From an uncultured Lachnospiraceae bacterium (GTDB lineage Bacteria; Bacillota; Clostridia; Lachnospirales; Lachnospiraceae), in assembly GCA_910586645.1 (NCBI GenBank), contig CAJUIS010000003.1:75106-139105 (forward strand): a stretch of 64,000 bases of DNA, in the 5' to 3' direction. The notes below the pieces were generated by a model, which ran no database searches, was not told where the DNA came from, and saw only the letters and a list, made by a program, of their open reading frames with translations. The position numbers were made by a program, and so were the translations under genes. This document shows positions 1 through 10,244 of this stretch, piece by piece; the stretch's first letter is position 1, and each line of letters starts with the position of its first letter.

Positions 1-432
<432 letters not shown>

Positions 433-465
433 TTAATTTCCAGTTCCATCCCAATTTCTTTTATT

Positions 466-3400
466 TTAATATCTTTGCCCCCTGTTTTCAATAGCCTTTT
501 CTACAACTTTTATATTATTTCTTCCAAAATTCCGGGAAAGGAGATCCGTCAGAGCCCGCTCCGCCAGAACGCTTTTGCCCGAAGAAAGACGCTTCATGGC
601 TTTTTCCGCCGAAAGGTATATGACAACGGCGTCGGTTCCGTCCGAATCCGCAATCAGTTCATAAAGCTTTTTCTCATTCTCTTCAAATTCCGCCCTGTCC
701 GCAAACTGAATCCAGAGCTCGCGCTTCGCCTCGTCAAAAGAATAGACTTTCTCACAAATGACCTTTCCGTTTTTTTCTTCCTCCACATTGGCCCTTCCGC
801 GGATGAACACTTTTGCGTCTTTCTGCAAAATATCCTGGTTTTTCTCATAATCCCTTGGAAAAACGACTGTTTCCACCGTTCCCAGCAAATCTTCTATCGT
901 AAGAAACGCCATCATCTGGTTATGCTTGGTATACTTTATTGTCTTATCCGTAATCATGCCGCCAATCATCACCAAAGCCCCGTCCTTTATCCTCGTCTCG
1001 CCCGTTTCTTCTTCCAGCGTAAAATCCGCAGTCGTCGCCGTAATGTTTTTTCTCCACCGTCCCTCATACTCTTCCAGGGGATGGCCGCTGATATAAACGC
1101 CAAGCACTTCTTTTTCAAAGCCAAGCAGAAGCTCCCTGTCGTACTCTCCGACGTCCGGCATCGTATCTTCATATTCCTTCCGCACCTCTTTGGGCACCAG
1201 GTCAAACAGGCTCATCTGTCCTGTCATGGAATTTTTCTTTTCCTGATGAATGCCGTCCATCATGGATATGTAAGAAAGCAGCTTCTGCTTGCGGGTTCCG
1301 GAAAGCCCGTCCATAGCGCCTGCCTTGATAAAGTTTTCGATTGCCCTCTTATTGATTTCCCCGCCGCTTATCCTGACCAGAAAATCTTTCAGTGTGGAAA
1401 ACGCGCCGCCCCTGTTCCGCTCTTCCAAAATAAAAGCTATGACGGGACGCCCCACGCTTTTGATTGCAGAAAGGCCATAACGGATTTTTCCGTTCGATAC
1501 GGAAAACTCGCTTTCTCCTTCATTTATATCCGGCGGCAGAATTTCAATTCCCATTCTTCTGCACGTCATAATATATTCCGAAACTTTCGTGACGTGATCC
1601 TGCACCGACGTTAAAAGAGCCGCCATATATTCCACCGGGTAATGGTATTTCAGGTAAGCCGTCTGATAAGCCACCACGGCATAGGCCGCCGCATGGGACT
1701 TATTAAACGCATATTTTGCAAAATCAATCATCTCGTCATAAATTTTATTTGCCGTTTTTTCGTCAATCCCGTTCGCAAGGCACCCGGGAACGCCTTCCTC
1801 CTGACTGCCGTAAACAAAGTTCCTCCGCTCCTGCTCCATGACAGACTGCTTCTTTTTCGACATGGCGCGGCGCACAAGATCGCTTCTCCCAAGCGTATAG
1901 CCCGCCAGATCCCTTACAATCTGCATAACCTGCTCCTGATAGACAATGCAGCCGTACGTAGGCTCCAAAATCGGCTCAAGCTGCGGACAGTCATACACAA
2001 TCCGTCCCGACTGGTTCTTGCCCCGTATATATGCAGGAATAAAATCCATAGGCCCCGGACGGTACAGCGCAATTCCCGCAATGATGTCTTCTAAGTTCCT
2101 GGGCTTTAGTTCCTTCATAAAATTCTTCATTCCGGCGCTTTCCAACTGGAACACGCCCTCCGTCTTTCCGGTTCCAAGCGCTTCAAACACTTCCGGATCG
2201 TCAAAATCCACATGGTCGATGTCTATGGAAATCCCATGGTTTTTCTCCGCCATCTTTACGGCGTTCTGAATCACAGTCAGCGTCCGAAGGCCGAGAAAAT
2301 CCATTTTCAAAAGCCCAAGCTCTTCAATCGTCGTCATGGTAAACTGCGTCGTAATCATACCGTCAATGCCGCGGCCAAGGGGCACATATTCCTCCATGGG
2401 CTTCTGTGAAATCACAATGCCCGCCGCATGTGTGGAAGAATGCCTTGGCAGCCCCTCAAGGCGTTTTGACATATCAATCAGACGCTTTACATTCTCCTCA
2501 TTTTCATACCTTCCGCGAAGCTCCGGGTTCATGGTAAGCGCCCGTTCTATTGTAATTCCAAGTTCATTTGGAATGCTCTTTGCAATAACGTCTACATACG
2601 CATACGGCAGATCCATAACGCGCCCGACGTCGCGGATCACGCCCCTTGCCGCCAGCGTACCAAACGTTACAATCTGCGTCACACAATCCCTGCCGTATTT
2701 TTCGACAACATAATCTATGACTTCCTGCCTTCTCTCGAAACAAAAATCAACGTCGATATCAGGCATGGAAATACGTTCCGGATTTAAAAATCTCTCGAAA
2801 ATCAGATTGTAGCGAATCGGGTCGATATTCGTAATTTTCATGGCATAAGACACCAGGCTTCCCGCCGCGCTTCCTCTGCCCGGCCCTACGGTAATCCCGT
2901 TTTCCCTGGCAAAGCGGATATAATCCCATACAATCAGAAAATACTCCACATATCCCATATCTTTGATAACGCCAAGCTCATAAGAAAGCCTTTCGCTCAA
3001 CTCTTCCGTAACAACGGCGTACCGCTCTTTTAAGCCGTCCCGGCAGAGTTTTTCCAGATATCCATACGTTGTATACCCCTTTGGCACCGGAAAATCCGGC
3101 AGCTTCGTATGTCCGAATTCAATTTCCACCCGGCAGCGGTCTGCTATCTTCTGCGTATTTGCAATAGCCTCCTGCGCATAGGGAAACAGCCGCCGCATCT
3201 CTTCTTCGGATTTGACGTAATACTGTCCGCCGTCATAGCGCATACGGTTTTCATCGGAAAGCTTTTTTCCCGTCTGAAGGCAGAGCAGGATATCGTGGGA
3301 ATCCGCGTCCGTCTCATACGTATAATGCACGTCGTTCGTCGCCACCAGTTCAATGCCCGTATCTTTGGACAGGCGAAGAAGCTGCTGGTTGACCGTCTGC

Positions 3401-3948
3401 TGCTGCTCGATTCCATGATCCTGAAGCTCCAGGAAAAAATTCCCTTCTCCGAAACATTCCTGATATTTCAGCGCAGTTTTTTTCGCCTCTTCATAAAATC
3501 CCCGCACAAGATTGCGCTGCACTTCCCCGGCAAGGCAGGCGCTGAGCGCAATCACCCCTTCGTGATAAGCCTCCAACACTTCCATATCCACTCTTGGCTT
3601 ATAGTAATATCCGTCCACAAATCCTTTTGACACGATTTTGACCAGATTGCCATATCCCCTGTCATTTTCCGCCAAAAGCACCAGATGATAATACCTGTCT
3701 TCTCCTCCAACCGTCTCCCTGTCAAAACGGGAATTTGGGGCAACGTAAACCTCGCAGCCTAAAACCGGCCGGATCCCCGCCGCTTTGGCCGCTTTGTAAA
3801 AGTCAATGACGCCGTACATTACGCCATGATCGGTAATGGCCGCCGCCGTCATGCCAAGCTCTTTTACCCTTGCAACATATTCTTTTATTTTGTTGGAACC
3901 GTCAAGAAGACTGTACTCCGTGTGGACGTGCAGATGAGCAAATGCCAT
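466..3948 (-). CDS. dnaE: DNA polymerase III alpha subunit
   Basis: PHP start HLHVHTEYSLLDG; GPGRGSAAGS; MPDIDVDF; KMDFLGLRTL; YAFNKSHAAAY. Confidence 0.98.
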   Translation of the reverse strand: MAFAHLHVHTEYSLLDGSNKIKEYVARVKELGMTAAAITDHGVMYGVIDFYKAAKAAGIRPVLGCEVYVAPNSRFDRETVGGEDRYYHLVLLAENDRGYGNLVKIVSKGFVDGYYYKPRVDMEVLEAYHEGVIALSACLAGEVQRNLVRGFYEEAKKTALKYQECFGEGNFFLELQDHGIEQQQTVNQQLLRLSKDTGIELVATNDVHYTYETDADSHDILLCLQTGKKLSDENRMRYDGGQYYVKSEEEMRRLFPYAQEAIANTQKIADRCRVEIEFGHTKLPDFPVPKGYTTYGYLEKLCRDGLKERYAVVTEELSERLSYELGVIKDMGYVEYFLIVWDYIRFARENGITVGPGRGSAAGSLVSYAMKITNIDPIRYNLIFERFLNPERISMPDIDVDFCFERRQEVIDYVVEKYGRDCVTQIVTFGTLAARGVIRDVGRVMDLPYAYVDVIAKSIPNELGITIERALTMNPELRGRYENEENVKRLIDMSKRLEGLPRHSSTHAAGIVISQKPMEEYVPLGRGIDGMITTQFTMTTIEELGLLKMDFLGLRTLTVIQNAVKMAEKNHGISIDIDHVDFDDPEVFEALGTGKTEGVFQLESAGMKNFMKELKPRNLEDIIAGIALYRPGPMDFIPAYIRGKNQSGRIVYDCPQLEPILEPTYGCIVYQEQVMQIVRDLAGYTLGRSDLVRRAMSKKKQSVMEQERRNFVYGSQEEGVPGCLANGIDEKTANKIYDEMIDFAKYAFNKSHAAAYAVVAYQTAYLKYHYPVEYMAALLTSVQDHVTKVSEYIMTCRRMGIEILPPDINEGESEFSVSNGKIRYGLSAIKSVGRPVIAFILEERNRGGAFSTLKDFLVRISGGEINKRAIENFIKAGAMDGLSGTRKQKLLSYISMMDGIHQEKKNSMTGQMSLFDLVPKEVRKEYEDTMPDVGEYDRELLLGFEKEVLGVYISGHPLEEYEGRWRKNITATTADFTLEEETGETRIKDGALVMIGGMITDKTIKYTKHNQMMAFLTIEDLLGTVETVVFPRDYEKNQDILQKDAKVFIRGRANVEEEKNGKVICEKVYSFDEAKRELWIQFADRAEFEENEKKLYELIADSDGTDAVVIYLSAEKAMKRLSSGKSVLAERALTDLLSRNFGRNNIKVVEKAIENRGQRY

Positions 3949-3960
3949 AATCCCTCTCCT

Positions 3961-4395
3961 CTACTGCCTTCCGGTACTGCCAAACCCGCCCCGGCTCTCA
4001 CCTTCAAAACGCTCACATTCCAAAAATGCAGTCTCAGGCTGGTTTTTCACAATACGGAACTGGCAAATCCTGTCGTTTTTCTCAATCACCGTATCTCTTG
4101 TGGCGTAGACCGGCATCCGCCACATATCTTCGTCTCCGCAATAGGAATTGTCAATAATCCCAAGGCTGTTTGTCTGTAAAATCCCATAATTTTTAAACGT
4201 GGAGCTTCTGGGCGCAAGATGCCCTTCGTACCCTTTGGGAAGCTGCATGGCAACGCCAAGCGGAATCAGGGCAAACTCCCCCTTCTTCAGTTCCACGCGC
4301 TCTGACGCCCGAAGATCAATCCAGTCTGATTTTCCGCCGATATACGAAAGCTTCTCAACGTCTTTGGAAAAATATTTGATTCGAATCGTTTCCAT
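3961..4395 (-). CDS. dut: dUTP diphosphatase
   Basis: APRSS, GIIDNSYCG, RICQF and C-terminal RGGFGSTG motifs. Confidence 0.95.
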   Translation of the reverse strand: METIRIKYFSKDVEKLSYIGGKSDWIDLRASERVELKKGEFALIPLGVAMQLPKGYEGHLAPRSSTFKNYGILQTNSLGIIDNSYCGDEDMWRMPVYATRDTVIEKNDRICQFRIVKNQPETAFLECERFEGESRGGFGSTGRQ

Positions 4396-4401
4396 ATGTT
4401 T

Positions 4402-5412
4402 TTACTCCCACTCAAGGCTTGTATGCTCCGCTTTCCTGTCCCGCAGCATAAGCTCCATAACGGCGTCTTTTGCCGGTTTATCTTCAAATAAAACCTGGTT
4501 CACCTGCTCGATAATCGGCATGGACGTCTGATGCTTCTTTCCAAGCGCAATGGCCGCCTTTGCGGAATACACTCCTTCCACAACCATTTTTACCTCGTCC
4601 ATCGCCTGCTGCATCGTATATCCTTTTCCCATTAACATGCCTGCCCTGCGGTTTCTGGAATGCCTGCTGGCGCAGGTGACAATCAGATCCCCGATTCCTG
4701 TAAGCCCGCTTAACGTCTCTGCATTCGCTCCCATTTTTACGGCGAGCCTGCCGATTTCCGCAATCCCTCTTGTAATTAAGGCCGCCTTGGTATTGTCTCC
4801 GTAGCCAAGTCCGTCCGCCATTCCGGCGGCAAGGGCAATGACGTTTTTTAACGCTCCTCCAAGTTCCATGCCAAGCACGTCGGGGCTCGTATATACGCGG
4901 AACACCTCGTTCATAAACATCCCCTGGATATATTCCGCCGTATCTCTTGTTTCCGCTCCCGCCACAAGCGTCGTCGGAAGCTCCTTTCCGACTTCTTCCG
5001 CATGGCTTGGGCCGCAAAGCACAGCGGCGTCTGCCGAAGGGATTTCCTCTTTTATCACCTCCGTCAGAGTCATCAGGCTGTCTTCCTCAATGCCCTTTGC
5101 CACACTGACAATAATCTGTCCCGGAACCGCAAAAGAAGCCATTTTCTTTGCCGTCTTTCTCGTGTAGGCGGACGGTACGGCAAGAACCAGAAGATCCATC
5201 CCTTCCATCGCTTCTTTTAAATCCGAAGTAAATATGATTTTTTCTGAGAGTTTCACGCCCGGAAGCTTATCCGTATGCTCCCGTTTTTCTCTGAGCATGG
5301 AAATCTCATCCTCAAGAACCGACCAGACTGTCACTTCGTGGCCGTTTTTATCCAATACCCGGGCAAGCGCGCAGCCCCAGCTTCCCGCTCCGATCACTCC
5401 TGCCTTTCCCAT
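4402..5412 (-). CDS. gpsA: NAD(P)H-dependent glycerol-3-phosphate dehydrogenase
   Basis: GAGSWG Rossmann motif, KGIE, GPSHAEE, GGALKNVIA, GIGDLIVTC..SRN. Confidence 0.97.
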   Translation of the reverse strand: MGKAGVIGAGSWGCALARVLDKNGHEVTVWSVLEDEISMLREKREHTDKLPGVKLSEKIIFTSDLKEAMEGMDLLVLAVPSAYTRKTAKKMASFAVPGQIIVSVAKGIEEDSLMTLTEVIKEEIPSADAAVLCGPSHAEEVGKELPTTLVAGAETRDTAEYIQGMFMNEVFRVYTSPDVLGMELGGALKNVIALAAGMADGLGYGDNTKAALITRGIAEIGRLAVKMGANAETLSGLTGIGDLIVTCASRHSRNRRAGMLMGKGYTMQQAMDEVKMVVEGVYSAKAAIALGKKHQTSMPIIEQVNQVLFEDKPAKDAVMELMLRDRKAEHTSLEWE

Positions 5413-5431
5413 TCGAACGCCTTCCTTTCCG

Positions 5432-6082
5432 CTATGATTTCTTTTTTAAACTGAATTTATTTTCATTTCCTTTCAGCAGACGGCCGATATTTTCACGATG
5501 ACGCACAATCCCCATCAGCATAATGACCGCCGCAAGCGCATAAATTTCCGTCTTGTAAGTCTTTGTAACATCCAAAAGCCCCATCTCGCCAAATACAACT
5601 GTCTGTATGAAAAAGCTGAGAAGACCTGCCATTGAGCCAAGCGACACATACTTTGTCAGCGCGGTCACTCCGATAAACAGAAAAATCCCAACCGGCACTT
5701 CAATCGGACAAAATGCAATCATCATGCCGCCCGTACAGGCAATGCCCTTTCCGCCCTTGAAATTTTTCATATAAAACGGGTGGTTGTGCCCGATAATCGT
5801 CCCAAGCCCCGCATACAGCTCCAGAAGCCGCACGCCTTCCGGCTGGCTCTTATGAAAAATCAGCCAGGTAATCAGAATCGCAACGATCGGCTTTGAAACA
5901 TCGCCAAGCAGCGTAATCAGACCTGCTTTCCACCCAAACATCCGAAATGCATTCGTCGTTCCCGCATTGCCGCTTCCCATCTGCGTAATGTCTTTATGCC
6001 TGGATTTGCTGTATGCGTATCCGGACAAAAAAATTCCGCAGAAGTATCCGATAACCATTACAATGATTCGATTCAGCAGCAT
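5432..6082 (-). CDS. plsY: Glycerol-3-phosphate acyltransferase PlsY
   Basis: GSGNAGTTNAFR, FKGGKGIA, HRENIGRL; der-plsY-gpsA synteny. Confidence 0.96.
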   Translation of the reverse strand: MLLNRIIVMVIGYFCGIFLSGYAYSKSRHKDITQMGSGNAGTTNAFRMFGWKAGLITLLGDVSKPIVAILITWLIFHKSQPEGVRLLELYAGLGTIIGHNHPFYMKNFKGGKGIACTGGMMIAFCPIEVPVGIFLFIGVTALTKYVSLGSMAGLLSFFIQTVVFGEMGLLDVTKTYKTEIYALAAVIMLMGIVRHRENIGRLLKGNENKFSLKKKS

Positions 6083-6086
6083 AATG

Positions 6087-7409
6087 TCATTCTCCCTTTC
6101 TCTCCCTGATAATAAATTTCAAAGAAGTCCCCTGAAATCCAAATGCATCCCGGATCCGGTTTTCCAGATACCGGACATAAGAAAAATGCATCAGTTTTTT
6201 ATCGTTCACAAATACCACAAACGTCGGCGGCTTTACGGCAACCTGCGTAACGTAAAATATTTTTAACCGCTTTCCTTTATCTGAAGGCGGCTGCTGCATC
6301 GCAACCGCTTCCGAAACAATTTCATTTAAGACTCCCGTTCCAATCCGCATGGAATTGTTGGCAATAACCATCTGGATCATATCAAAGATTTTCGACGTCC
6401 GCTGTCCCGTCTTTGCAGAAATAAACATAATCTGCGCATACGGCATAAAGCTTAAAATCTGACGAATCCGCTCCGTATGCTTTGCCGTCGTTTTATTATC
6501 CTTCTCAATTGCATCCCATTTATTCACCGCAACAATAATTCCCTTGCCTCTGCCATGCGCAATCCCGGCAATCTTTGCATCCTGCTCCGTCACGCCTTCC
6601 GTTGCGTCAATCAGAATAATCACCGCATCGGCCCGCTCCACTGCCGCAACGGCCCGGATAATGCTGTATCTTTCCAAATCTTCTTTTATTTTGCTCTTTC
6701 TGCGAAGTCCCGCCGTATCAATAAACACATATTCTTCCCCATTGTATTTTACCGATGAATCCACGGCGTCTCTCGTCGTTCCTGCAATGTCTGATACAAT
6801 GACGCGGTTCTCTCCAATCAGACGGTTTACAAGAGAAGACTTTCCAACGTTCGGCTTTCCAATCACCGCCACTTTCGGCCGGTCATCCTCTTCTTCCCCG
6901 CTGTCTTTCGTATCAAAATGCTTTACTATTTCATCCAGCATATCCCCGATGCCAAGCCTTGACGCCGCGGAAACAGGATGCGGCTCCCCAATGCCAAGGT
7001 TATAAAACTCATACACGTCCGGCATATATTTCTCAAAACTGTCTACTTTATTGACAACCAGGACAACCGGTTTCTTAGAACGGCGCAGCATATCCGCCAC
7101 TTTTGCGTCCGCATCCAAAAGTCCCTGCCGGACATCCGTAAGAAAAAGGATTACGTCGGCCGTCGCAATCGCAATTTCCGCCTGTTCTCTCATCTGAGAC
7201 AAAATCACGTCCTTTGTATCCGGCTCGATCCCTCCTGTGTCAATCAATGTGAAATCCCTGTTCAGCCAGGAAGCGTCGGCATAAATCCGATCCCTTGTCA
7301 CACCCGGCGTATCTTTTACAATTGCAATGCGTTCTCCGGCAAGAACATTAAACAGCGTGGATTTACCCACATTCGGACGGCCTACAACCGCTACTACCGG
7401 CTTACTCAT
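6087..7409 (-). CDS. der: Ribosome biogenesis GTPase Der (EngA)
   Basis: Two G domains: [16 protein letters not shown] and [16 protein letters not shown]. Confidence 0.98.
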   Translation of the reverse strand: MSKPVVAVVGRPNVGKSTLFNVLAGERIAIVKDTPGVTRDRIYADASWLNRDFTLIDTGGIEPDTKDVILSQMREQAEIAIATADVILFLTDVRQGLLDADAKVADMLRRSKKPVVLVVNKVDSFEKYMPDVYEFYNLGIGEPHPVSAASRLGIGDMLDEIVKHFDTKDSGEEEDDRPKVAVIGKPNVGKSSLVNRLIGENRVIVSDIAGTTRDAVDSSVKYNGEEYVFIDTAGLRRKSKIKEDLERYSIIRAVAAVERADAVIILIDATEGVTEQDAKIAGIAHGRGKGIIVAVNKWDAIEKDNKTTAKHTERIRQILSFMPYAQIMFISAKTGQRTSKIFDMIQMVIANNSMRIGTGVLNEIVSEAVAMQQPPSDKGKRLKIFYVTQVAVKPPTFVVFVNDKKLMHFSYVRYLENRIRDAFGFQGTSLKFIIRERKGE

Positions 7410-7424
7410 ATCGTTCTCCTTTTC

Positions 7425-8738
7425 TCAATCCAAAAGCGCTTTTACCAGATCTTGTCCGCTTGATTTTACAATATCTGTCTGAACTTGTAAAGCATTTTTC
7501 ACCCCGTCAAGCGTCATGTCATCCAGGAAAACCTCTTCTCCGCTCCGCAAAAGACTGCACGGAAGCAGAAGTTTTTCTCCAAGCTCTTTCCCGCTTAACT
7601 GTTCGGTCAGATCCCTGCCTGTCAAAAGCCCTGCAACCGTAATCCTCTCTCCGAAAAAATGGTTGGAAACCGCTATGACCCGTACCGTAATATCCGGAAA
7701 CTTCTCCATAAAACAGCCGCTCAGTTTTTCCAGCAGCGGAGCCGCCAGGCGTCCCGTCGCAATCGTCACCTTCTTTTTTCTTTTCCGCTCCTTTTGAGCC
7801 GCCAAAAGCGCCTCCATAAATTCATCCTCTAAAAGCCGCATCATGCCGACCCCGTTTTCAAGCTGCGGATATCCGTCATAATTTTCCGCGGCAGGCATCG
7901 CCTGTTCCGCAAGAAGATACCATTCATCCCCCGCATGGACAAAATGTATGCCATACCGTTCCATACACAGACGCTGCCATTTATGGATCAGCGCAAGCGT
8001 CTCCTCTGCGTCTCTTTTGTCAAAGGGCTTAAGCGGGTACAATCCCTCCCTGTATTTTGTCAGCCCAACGGGCACTACGGATACGCTCCTCATATATGGA
8101 ATATACTCTGTCAGCTCCCGGATGCTTCTGTTTAATTCCTCTTTATCGTTGATTCCCTTACAAAGCACAATCTGGCCGTTCATTTCAATTCCCGCGTCCC
8201 TTAACATCCGCATCTTATCCAAAGCTTCCCCTGCAAAGCGGTTATTCAGCATCTTACAGCGCAGCTTCGGATTTGTCGTATGCACAGATATGTTGATCGG
8301 TTCCAGACGGTAACGGATGATGCGCCTGACGTCCTCTTCCTTCATATTGGTCAGCGTGACATAATTCCCCTGCAGAAACGACAGCCTGGAATCATCATCC
8401 TTAAAGTACAGCGTATCCCGCATTCCTTTCGGCATCTGATCAATAAAACAGAAAATGCACCTGTTCTGACAGGATTTGTAATCATCCATCAGCCCGTTTT
8501 CAAACTCTATCCCAAGATCTTCTTCATAATCTTTTTCAATTTCAAACTCCCACTCTTCACCGTCCGGCTTTTGGATCAAAAGCGTAATCTCCTCGTCATT
8601 GACAAGATAATGGTAATCAAATACGTCTTCCACCCTCTCCCCGTTTACAGAAACCAGAATATCCCCGGCCTGTATTCCAAGCTCCTCTGCAATGCTTCCC
8701 GGAAGCGTTCTTTCTATCCTGTGTTCTTTTCCCATCAA
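7425..8738 (-). CDS. DUF512-domain radical-SAM-like Fe-S protein with N-terminal PDZ-like domain
   Basis: CQNRCIFC (CxxxCxxC), KDDDSRLSFLQGNY, YPQLENGVG; usual position upstream of der. Start is TTG 8738 or ATG 8735. Confidence 0.85.
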   Translation of the reverse strand: MMGKEHRIERTLPGSIAEELGIQAGDILVSVNGERVEDVFDYHYLVNDEEITLLIQKPDGEEWEFEIEKDYEEDLGIEFENGLMDDYKSCQNRCIFCFIDQMPKGMRDTLYFKDDDSRLSFLQGNYVTLTNMKEEDVRRIIRYRLEPINISVHTTNPKLRCKMLNNRFAGEALDKMRMLRDAGIEMNGQIVLCKGINDKEELNRSIRELTEYIPYMRSVSVVPVGLTKYREGLYPLKPFDKRDAEETLALIHKWQRLCMERYGIHFVHAGDEWYLLAEQAMPAAENYDGYPQLENGVGMMRLLEDEFMEALLAAQKERKRKKKVTIATGRLAAPLLEKLSGCFMEKFPDITVRVIAVSNHFFGERITVAGLLTGRDLTEQLSGKELGEKLLLPCSLLRSGEEVFLDDMTLDGVKNALQVQTDIVKSSGQDLVKALLD

Positions 8739-8781
8739 ATTTCCTCACTTCCCTGTCTTTGCTGCGCCTTTCCTATAAGAT

Positions 8782-8822
8782 AAAAAAGCGGATCATCCCC
8801 CTTCTAAGATTTACCGCTTTTT
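8782..8822 (-). terminator. Terminator-like hairpin in the 5' leader of the DUF512-der operon
   Basis: Minus strand AAAAAGCGG-22 nt-CCGCTTTTTT, ending about 45 nt before the start codon. Confidence 0.55.
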
Positions 8823-8868
8823 GAATCTCATATAACATCAAAATCACCTGCCCGCCAGGCTCACATCC

Positions 8869-8897
8869 ATACTAACACACCCCGTCAAACCTTTCAA
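8869..8897 (-). promoter_or_regulatory. Putative sigma-A promoter of the DUF512-der operon
   Basis: TTGAAA-17-TAGTAT with TG extension. Confidence 0.5.
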
Positions 8898-8916
8898 CGG
8901 CATTCATTCCCAAATC

Positions 8917-8945
8917 TTGCCAATTCATCTCTCAAAATGTATAAT
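8917..8945 (+). promoter_or_regulatory. Putative sigma-A promoter of the TraX-family gene
   Basis: TTGCCA-17-TATAAT. Confidence 0.65.
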
Positions 8946-8974
8946 GCTTATATAAAAACAAAAAGGAGCGCACT

Positions 8975-9712
8975 ATGACACAAAACACCGCCGCCTCTTG
9001 GGCGCAGAAAGGAATCTCCGGCAGCGCTTTAAAGCTGATTGCCATTGCCGCTATGCTGCTTGACCATATCGCAGCCGCAGCCATACCGCCTTACTGTTAC
9101 GACGGCTCTTTGTCCGTCCCCTACTTTGCATTCCGCTCGATCGGACGCATTGCCTTTCCGATTTTCTGCTTTCTGCTCACAGAAGGTTTTTTTCATACAA
9201 AAAACTTAAAAAAATTCTGTCTCAGGCTCGCTCTTTTCGCTCTTATATCCGAGATCCCATTCGATCTTGCCTTTCGTAAAAAACTCTGGGAACCGGCGAG
9301 CCAGAACGTATTTTTCACCCTGTTGATTGGCCTTCTGACGATTTCCGCCATGCAGCGCCTAAAGGACGCCTTCTTTAAAAACCCGCTGTTCTTTCTGCCG
9401 TGCGACGCAGTTTTACTGTTTGCCGGAATGCAGGCCGCAAACTTTTTCGAAACGGACTATGCCGCCACAGGCGTCCTCGTTATTGTGCTCTTCTATGAGC
9501 TGCGCTTTAGCAGAACGCTTGCCTGTTCCGCCTCCTGCGCCGTTTTATGCGTTTTGTCCCCAATAGAACTGGCCGCATTCGCCGCCCTTCCTCTGATTCA
9601 AAGCTATAACGGGAAACGGGGGCTCTCCCTGAAATATATTTTCTACTTCTTTTATCCCGTTCATCTTCTGCTGATCTGGCTTTTCTGCTATTTCTTTGTG
9701 CCTTTCTTCTGA
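8975..9712 (+). CDS. TraX-family membrane protein (putative acyltransferase)
   Basis: LKLIAIAAMLLDH, IGRIAFPIFCFLLTEGF, ISEIPFDL, QNVFFTL, YNGKRG, FYPVHL. Confidence 0.85.
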   Translation: MTQNTAASWAQKGISGSALKLIAIAAMLLDHIAAAAIPPYCYDGSLSVPYFAFRSIGRIAFPIFCFLLTEGFFHTKNLKKFCLRLALFALISEIPFDLAFRKKLWEPASQNVFFTLLIGLLTISAMQRLKDAFFKNPLFFLPCDAVLLFAGMQAANFFETDYAATGVLVIVLFYELRFSRTLACSASCAVLCVLSPIELAAFAALPLIQSYNGKRGLSLKYIFYFFYPVHLLLIWLFCYFFVPFF

Positions 9713-9720
9713 TAAAATAT

Positions 9721-9756
9721 AAAAAAGCAGAGAATTTCCAGGCTCTCTGCTTTTTT
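9721..9756. terminator. Bidirectional intrinsic terminator
   Basis: AAAAAAGCAGAGA-loop-TCTCTGCTTTTTT between convergent genes. Confidence 0.85.
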
Positions 9757-9782
9757 ATACTGCATCAAATACGTTTCTTCTG

Positions 9783-10166
9783 TCAGCTAAGCATTCCTCC
9801 CACAGTTCCCGACGCCACGCAAAGCGCCATCGTTGTAAACAAATGCACCCAGTCTCCGGACAGGCCATGATACAAAACCATGGATATGACAAATAAAATG
9901 ATAAAATAGAACAGGCCGGCAAAAAAGCCCCACAGGAATTTTTTCGTCCCCGTTCTCTTTCCAATGAGAAAACCTCCCAGAAATCCACTGATGACGTAGA
10001 CGGCAATCAGCCAGACTCTGCTTAAAATCTCCGGCGCTTCCGTTTTAAAAATAACCAGCGCAAGCAAAAGAAGCAGGATCAGCGTTGTCACGTACATCAA
10101 AAACAGGATTTTTATCACATCTTTTACCAATGTCTGTTTTGGCTTCTCCTGTTCTGTTTTCTGCAA
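9783..10166 (-). CDS. Small multi-TM membrane protein (TIGR04086/YrzE-like)
   Basis: About four hydrophobic segments, GG..IGKRTG.KKFLWG; TTG 10166 follows an AGGGGG SD (ORF track extends to 10217). Confidence 0.65.
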   Translation of the reverse strand: MQKTEQEKPKQTLVKDVIKILFLMYVTTLILLLLLALVIFKTEAPEILSRVWLIAVYVISGFLGGFLIGKRTGTKKFLWGFFAGLFYFIILFVISMVLYHGLSGDWVHLFTTMALCVASGTVGGMLS

Positions 10167-10187
10167 AAGAACACCCCCTCTGAAACC

Positions 10188-10217
10188 ACTATATGAATCA
10201 GAAGGGGAAGTTATCAC
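10188..10217 (-). promoter_or_regulatory. Possible mother-cell sporulation sigma (sigE/sigK-type) promoter
   Basis: GTGATAA-15-CATATAGT resembles ATA...CATAnanT. Confidence 0.35.
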
Positions 10218-10244
10218 TGTTTTTTATCAGAGATGTAAAATCTC

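Noticed and set aside
8975..9712. TraX as a sign of a conjugative element
   Set aside because: No relaxase, T4SS, integrase or att site nearby; composition matches the flanks; stand-alone TraX-family genes are common
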